Shown: positions 8,284 through 13,585 of the stretch, one piece after another
How positions within the stretch are numbered: position 1 is the stretch's first letter
Layout of the letters: each line of letters opens with the position of its first letter
Assembly: GCA_051382335.1 (NCBI GenBank)
Contig: JBBCAX010000311.1
Coordinates: 1-13,585, forward strand
Length of the DNA: 13,585 nucleotides
Direction of reading: 5' to 3'
From: Deltaproteobacteria bacterium TL4
GTDB taxonomy: Bacteria > SAR324 > NAC60-12
Notes under the pieces: model-generated
What the model was told of the DNA's origin: nothing
Databases searched by the model: none
Seen by the model: only the letters and a program-made list of their open reading frames with translations
Program-made: the position numbers and the translations under genes

Positions 8284-8832
8284 ATGAAAACGTTGAAGGC
8301 TTATGCAAAAGAACATGGTGTGCAATACCGTGCTGCCTGGAATCGCTATAAAGCCGATAAAATTCCAGGGGCTTTTCAGGATGAATTTGGAACAATCCTG
8401 ATTCCTGAAGGGCAAATACGCCCTGAACATGTCGTGTGTTACACCCGTGTCTCCTCAGCGGAAAACAAGAAAAACCTGGAGTCACAAGCCGAGCGACTAA
8501 CAGCCTATTGTGCTGCCAAAGGCTATGTGGTGAAACAGGTGATCAAAGAATGTGCTTCGGGGTTAAACGATAAACGTCCAAAGCTGGTGGCCCTGTTGAA
8601 AAACAGGGATGTGACTTGCATCGTAATTGAGCACAGTGACCGTTTAACACGTTTTGGACTCAACTACATTCAACTGTTTTTGGAATCCAAAGGATGTCGC
8701 CTTGAAATCATCAATCAAGCGGCCAATGGCAAAGAAGATTTGAGGCAGGATTTTGTCAGTCTGGTCACTTATTTCACGGCTCGTCCTCTATGTCTTGTTT
8801 GTTCCATGCCGGCAATCTGCGAAAGCGAATGA
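8284..8832 (+). pseudogene. tnpA: Second, divergent IS607 TnpA, 3'-truncated near 8784 with no tnpB
   Basis: YTRVSS, ASGLNDKRPKL, EHSDRLTRFG and DFVSLVTYFTAR motifs. The expected LYG after AR is replaced by unrelated sequence. Confidence 0.88.
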
Positions 8833-8954
8833 TGGATTTGCGGCTACGTCCACTGGGGGTATCATGATAACCAAGGGTTGTAGCTAAACGTTCCACTGCC
8901 TTTTTATCACGGATGTCTCCAGTCAAAGAGGGAACTTCACCAAACGGACAATTC

Positions 8955-8995
8955 AGTTTCCTGTTTGTCGAGTAATGCCGATGACCCGATCAGAG
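8955..8995. repeat. 41-bp duplicate of an internal segment of the second vapC (10865-10905)
   Basis: AGTTTCCTGTTTGTCGAGTAATGCCGATGACC(C/T)GATCAGAG, 40/41 identical, same orientation. Confidence 0.92.
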
Positions 8996-9321
8996 CAGTC
9001 CACGCGGACTGGCTCTCGTATTTGCCGAAAAGTGGTAAGACTCTGGACATTGGCGCCGGCACGGGAAGAGACGCGGCCTGGCTGGTCAGACAAGGTTTGT
9101 CAGTGTTTGCGGTAGAACCCGTCGCCGCTATGCGTCAACAGGCAGAGGTCTTTCATCCAGAAGCAGGAATTCATTGGATCGATGATACCTTGCCCCATCT
9201 AAAAAAAACAGGCGCTCTTGGTGCTCAAGATTGCGGATTCAAAATTCTGGATCTCATTCAGGAACATGACAAAATAGGAAGAAAGAACGTATCCTGGGAA
9301 ACTCTGGTGTTGAAAAAGTTA
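8994..9321 (+). pseudogene. Class I SAM-dependent methyltransferase remnant, copy 1 (5'-truncated, internal deletion)
   Basis: LDIGAGTGRDA motif I, AVEP and WIDDTLP, then a short link to the C-terminal-like DKIGRKNVSWETLVL. The central part is missing. Confidence 0.85.
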
Positions 9322-9370
9322 CATCGCGAGATCTCTACAAAAATGGCCATCGGCCCATTGACTGAGTCCT

Positions 9371-9781
9371 TTACGATTGTTTTATGTAGGAGATGGTATC
9401 AAGCCCTGCAACTCTCGCAAATTCATCGGTGTTATCTGTCAATACGGCGCAATTATGGAATAAAGCTGTTGCCGCAATGATTAAATCGTGTGCTCCAATC
9501 ATTTGTCCCTGCTTTGTAAGTGTAAAAAATAACCCCGCATGTATTCTTGCAACCTCTGTATCGAATGCCAAGACAGGCACTTTACCTAGAATGGCCTCGA
9601 CAAAAGCAGAACGGCGGGCCTTTTTTGCCTCACTATTCGCACAATGGACTCCTACTAATAATTCTGAAACAGTGACAGAACTAATATAGACATCACCATA
9701 CGCTTCCCATTGCGAAAAATCTATTGGTGCCCCTGACCGTTCCGAAAATATAAAAACGTTTGTATCTAACATTAATCCCAT
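9371..9781 (-). CDS. vapC: VapC-family PIN-domain toxin
   Basis: MLDTNVFI, ISSVTVSELLVG, GAHDLIIAATAL and LTDNTDEF; the acidic PIN residues are present. Confidence 0.95.
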   Translation of the reverse strand: MGLMLDTNVFIFSERSGAPIDFSQWEAYGDVYISSVTVSELLVGVHCANSEAKKARRSAFVEAILGKVPVLAFDTEVARIHAGLFFTLTKQGQMIGAHDLIIAATALFHNCAVLTDNTDEFARVAGLDTISYIKQS

Positions 9782-10041
9782 TGACTCTTCTCCAATGGAA
9801 TCGTTTTTCGAATATTCTCCAAATCTTTTGCAAAATTTTTTGAATCCTCTCCAAGTGAAGGAAGTTTTGAAAAAAAACTATTTAGATCTTTTGCTTTTAA
9901 TGGGGATTCAGAAGAAACCGGAGATATTCTGGCAATCACCTTATTTCCTCGCTCTAATTCCACACTTATTCCCTGGTAGCAAACTCGGTTAAGTAAATCC
10001 GAAATTTGACGTACCGCTTGTGTCACACTTACACGTTCCAT
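9772..10041 (-). CDS. Phd/YefM-type antitoxin
   Basis: MERVSVTQAVRQISDLLNRV...VELERGNKVIARISP Phd-like N-terminus. AAGGAGAAGG RBS precedes ATG 10041; the gene overlaps the toxin start. Confidence 0.88.
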   Translation of the reverse strand: MERVSVTQAVRQISDLLNRVCYQGISVELERGNKVIARISPVSSESPLKAKDLNSFFSKLPSLGEDSKNFAKDLENIRKTIPLEKSQWD

Positions 10042-10220
10042 TGCCTTCTCCTTCTTTTTCTGATTGTTGTTCACTTCATAGCGAGACTGTCTTTTATAAA
10101 GCACAGGTTCTGAAAAGTCCTCTTGCGAACCATATCATGATGTTGTTAATAAATCATTATCACGGTTGTCAGCATGAAGCAAAATCAAACTGAGAATAAG
10201 GATAGGACTATTCGGAGCAA

Positions 10221-10500
10221 ATGAATCTCAAGGTCTATGCAAAACAGGCACAAGCCTTTGCCGTTCAATATGAACAATTAGCGCCGGAAGCAGTCCACGC
10301 GGACTGGCTTTCGTATCTGCCAAAAAGTGGTAAGGCTCTGGACATTGGCGCCGGCACGGGAAGAGACGCGGCCTGGCTGGTCAAACAAGGTCTGTCCGTG
10401 TATGCGGTAGAACCAGTCGCCGCTATGCGTCAACAGGCTGAGGTCTTTCATCCAGACTCAGGTATTCATTGGATCGACGACACCTTGCCCCTATCTGAAA
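10221..10500 (+). pseudogene. Class I SAM-dependent methyltransferase remnant, copy 2 (3'-truncated)
   Basis: GGAG RBS and ATG 10221; motif I LDIGAGTGRDA. Homology ends just after WIDDTLP; the ORF runs to 10529. Confidence 0.85.
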
Positions 10501-10511
10501 GAATGATCAGC

Positions 10512-10961
10512 TCAATCTTTTCTGATTAACGGTTCAAAGATGGAGATGCCAAGTTTTTGAGCTATCTTAGTCAAAACGGTATCAGCAACGACAAAGATCC
10601 AATCCCTCTGACTAATGAGGTTAAATGTAGCTAAATGTAGCGCGTCAAGCGCTTTCAAACCAATGCTTTGTCCGTATTCTAAAAGTAAAGATTCGGCTTC
10701 TTTGAGAACGCCTTCTCCCAAAGGTTCCACATAAAAACGGGGCCATTCCTGATTAAATCGGTTGAGTAATTCATGGAGATCTGATTCGGTTATTTCTCTC
10801 ATACGAAAACGACGATGCACGGCACTGACGAACTCAATTCTGGCTAACTCTGAAACCCAAATGTAGTTTCCTGTTTGTCGAGTAATGCCGATGACCTGAT
10901 CAGAGTGTTGCTCTTTATGAAAAATTTTTATGAGAGCAGAAGTATCAAAAAATAAATTCAC
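10512..10961 (-). CDS. vapC: VapC-family PIN-domain toxin (different subfamily from 9371-9781)
   Basis: FFDTSALIK, SELARIEF, LKALDALHLA and FVVAD motifs. The GTG start overlaps the upstream gene's TGA. Confidence 0.93.
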   Translation of the reverse strand: MNLFFDTSALIKIFHKEQHSDQVIGITRQTGNYIWVSELARIEFVSAVHRRFRMREITESDLHELLNRFNQEWPRFYVEPLGEGVLKEAESLLLEYGQSIGLKALDALHLATFNLISQRDWIFVVADTVLTKIAQKLGISIFEPLIRKD

Positions 10962-11176
10962 ACGCGATCCTCCCGCTCCAAAGAAATATCATCCGATAAA
11001 TTGCCAGGAATTGAAGACAACAGTTGTTGTATGCGTTGAATATTTTCATAGTCCAACTGAGTTTTAGGAGAAACTCGTTCTGGCTTCATTAACCTCAGTG
11101 CAAAGTCATATAGTTTTAAATTTTCTTCTTCATTTAGTTGCTCCATAGCTTCAATGATTTTCTCACGCACTTTCAT
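10958..11176 (-). CDS. Putative antitoxin of the adjacent VapC
   Basis: 72 aa, GGAG RBS, translationally coupled (GTGA) to the PIN gene. Acidic C-terminus LSDDISLEREDR resembles VapB tails. Confidence 0.75.
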   Translation of the reverse strand: MKVREKIIEAMEQLNEEENLKLYDFALRLMKPERVSPKTQLDYENIQRIQQLLSSIPGNLSDDISLEREDRV

Positions 11177-11472
11177 TTTTTGACTCCATACGCCTATTAA
11201 AATAAAAATAACACACGACACCACGTTTGATCTTTTTCATTCTCTCACACATCTGCCAGAATTACTACAGGGAGATGTTTGTCAGATAGTGTTTGCTCAT
11301 CTCTGCCTAACCCACCCTCATGATTTACAGCCAACCAGGAAACACCAACTTGCAAAGGTCAGTGTGCTTCTGTTAAGAATAACTATACCAGAATCAGCGC
11401 ATCACAATCAAATGAAGAGTGCTCCATGAACCGTTTTCCGCCAGCCACTGTCAGCGCATCTGAAAGTCCAGC

Positions 11473-11872
11473 ATGAGTTTTTCTGTTTATGCAAAACAGG
11501 CACAAGCCTTTGCCGTCCAATACGAACAATTAATGCCGGAAGCAGTCCACGCGGACTGGCTCTCGTATTTGCCGAAAAGTGGTAAGGCTCTGGATATTGG
11601 CGCCGGAACGGGAAGAGACGCGGCCTGGCTGGTCAAACAAGGTTTGTCAGTGTTTGCGGTAGAACCCGTCGCCGCTATGCGTCAACAGGCCGAGGTCTTT
11701 CATCCAGACGCAGGAATTCATTGGATCGACGATACCTTAGACAAGGGTCTTGTCTTATTATTAATTTATACCAATATACAAGCCTGACACTCTTCCTCTT
11801 CCATCATTCATGGGCATGACAAAAGCGGAAGAAAGAACGTATCCTGGGAAACCCATTGTGTTAGAAAAACTA
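11473..11872 (+). pseudogene. Class I SAM-dependent methyltransferase remnant, copy 3 (N-terminal part plus detached C-terminal piece)
   Basis: 11488-11738 is ~93% identical to 10236-10486. 11804-11872 matches 9254-9321, including a 26-bp exact core GGAAGAAAGAACGTATCCTGGGAAAC. Confidence 0.85.
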
Positions 11873-12313
11873 AGATTGAGTTAATATATCAAGTTCATCT
11901 AACAGAGACCAAAGCGGTGTTCCATCGGAATTATTTAATATTTCTAATAAATACGGGATTCCAGCATTTGCCAGTTTTAGGCAGTATTCAAAGACTGATC
12001 TATCATTTGCAAGAATTTCAAATTTTTGTGTCAATCCGAGCACAGATAATTGCATAAAACTAATTCGTTTTGGATCACTCCCCAAAATGTGGGCCGCTGT
12101 AGCAGTATAATTGTCTTTTTCATCTATTGGGTCAAGACGCTTATGTACCGCAATTAAAAATGCCATAAACCAAAAGTCTACTTGACGCTCGAATGGAACA
12201 AACTCATATCTTTTTTCATCAGTGCCGGCTGTCCTGCAATATTTTTTAACTGAATCCTGATATTTTTTAGGCATTTCGATATTGAATGATGCAAAAGGAT
12301 TATTAGCACTCAT
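11870..12313 (-). CDS. Hypothetical protein, tentatively DndE-like / dnd-associated protein 4-like
   Basis: 147 aa from ATG 12313 with a GAGG RBS, directly downstream of the ATPase. PFERQVDFWFMAFLIA and LANAGIPYLLE recall dnd_assoc_4-type patterns (from memory, unverified). Confidence 0.6.
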   Translation of the reverse strand: MSANNPFASFNIEMPKKYQDSVKKYCRTAGTDEKRYEFVPFERQVDFWFMAFLIAVHKRLDPIDEKDNYTATAAHILGSDPKRISFMQLSVLGLTQKFEILANDRSVFEYCLKLANAGIPYLLEILNNSDGTPLWSLLDELDILTQS

Positions 12314-12315
12314 AA

Positions 12316-13400
12316 TCAAACCTCTAATTCTTCATTCTTCCGTTCACAGACTTTACATGCATGACGGTGATTACATTCACAACGGACTATTCTGGCATCA
12401 TCTACATCAGTTTTATTCACTAACATACGAGGATAGTGTGCGGGATTGGTTAATGTATAAATAATTCCAGCTTTAGCATCTAAAATATTTTCAATGCCGT
12501 GAATCTCATCATGAGTCAAAAATAAGATGATTTGAGAACCTTCTTCAAGAGTTCTCTTCAGGATAGACTGCTTAACATATCCAGATGTCATCCCAAGTGG
12601 AGTATCAATTACATTAGGGGCATTAACCTGACTTACCTTAGTTAAAGCCAAAATAAATGATAGGGTGATTGCTCTTCTGGATGCTCCATTTAAGTCTTGG
12701 TCTGGATCTAGTTTGTACCCTTTTGGACCAAAAACAAGAATGTCAAAATTTTCAGTTAATTCAGCTTTGGTTATCATTGTGAAATCATTTTGCTCTGGAT
12801 CTGCGCCAATCATTTTAAGAAAAATTCGATTCATTTCAATACTAACAGTTTTCACCTCATCCTTTCGAAGCCGGTTAAATACTTTTTCAAAGATGTCTTT
12901 AACGGTTCGTGCAAGTTTTAGTTTATCTGCAGATGAATCTGTTTTACTCAATTTTTTTTCTAATTTTATTCTATCTTCTTTAAAATCGTTTATCCGTTCT
13001 TTTGCCTCTTCAATTTGTGTAGTCAAACTTCCTAAATTGATTTTTGCGTCATTTATTTTTACTCTTAGTGACTTTTCAAAATTCCGTTTTTCAGAAAGTT
13101 GCGTATCACCTATTTTATCAATGTCATTTTGTAATCGTTCTAATTCCCTCTCAAACTTAGATATGTCAGACCGGACGTTGTCATATTCTCCAATTAAGTC
13201 TGCATATTTGTTTGTCCAAATTTTAGTGACATCGTCTCCAAACGATTCACTCCTGACACTATAAAAAAGGCTAGTTGCTGCTTCTTGAAGTGCGTCAGCA
13301 CTACGACTTTGTTCAATAGAGTTTTCAATTAACTGACGACGTTTCTGAGCATCTGGTGATTTTGAGGTTAATTCAGAACCACAAAAACAATGAGTGCGCC
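12316..13400 (-). pseudogene. C-terminal half of a DndD/Rad50/SMC-like coiled-coil ABC ATPase
   Basis: CFCG hook-like motif, long coiled coil, LNGAS signature variant, VIDTPLG Walker B/D-loop and FLTH H-loop. No Walker A; in-frame TGA at 13471-13473. Confidence 0.85.
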
Positions 13401-13401
13401 A

Positions 13402-13585
13402 TAGGTGTTCGGGATTTAACCTAAATGAATTCAGTTGCATATAATAAACATATGGTGCTAACCTCCGTTTTCAGATAGTCGAGCCTCATCCCTCGTTTTT
13501 TGAGAATTGAGTCATAAATTTACGAAAACTGTGGTATCTTTGGTATTTTTCTAACTCACAATCGGAGATACCACCATGAAAAAAG
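13402..13585 (+). mobile_element. Probable left end of an insertion sequence interrupting the ATPase, with a gene start at 13576 running off the window
   Basis: ATPase coding signal is lost at a TA-led motif TAGGTGTTCGGGATTTAA. GGAG plus ATGAAAAAAG at 13576, with the RBS inside a hairpin. Confidence 0.45.

Noticed and set aside
8994..11738. Diversity-generating retroelement TR/VR pair
   Set aside because: Differences are mostly third-codon positions and not adenine-specific, and there is no reverse transcriptase.
8955..11872. Classical integron cassette array
   Set aside because: No attC-like RYYYAAC...GTTRRRY palindromes recognised between modules and no tyrosine integrase. The repeats are coding-derived.
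12665..13264. 199-aa plus-strand ORF
   Set aside because: Antisense shadow of the coiled-coil ATPase (Ser/Phe/Leu-rich).

Overview
AT-rich bacterial window (Deltaproteobacteria/SAR324-like by protein character; inference only). Two intact housekeeping genes (recA, lon) sit in a heavily eroded region rich in mobile DNA. The mobile DNA comprises an IS630 transposase remnant capped by a 6 x 39-bp GTAG-REP tandem array, a complete IS607 element (tnpA, tnpB, predicted omega-RNA), a second truncated IS607 tnpA, and two families of ~100-bp MITE-like elements in which a REP doublet lies between IS-type terminal inverted repeats. The right third is a periodic array. Three ~93-96% identical remnants of one class I SAM-methyltransferase gene recur every 1.25-1.3 kb, each followed by different, oppositely oriented cargo: a Phd-VapC pair, an unrelated VapBC pair, and a DndD/Rad50-like ATPase with a small dnd-associated-like gene. 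The ATPase has lost its N-terminal half at what looks like an IS insertion at the window edge. All counts and alignments were done by eye; no database searches were run.
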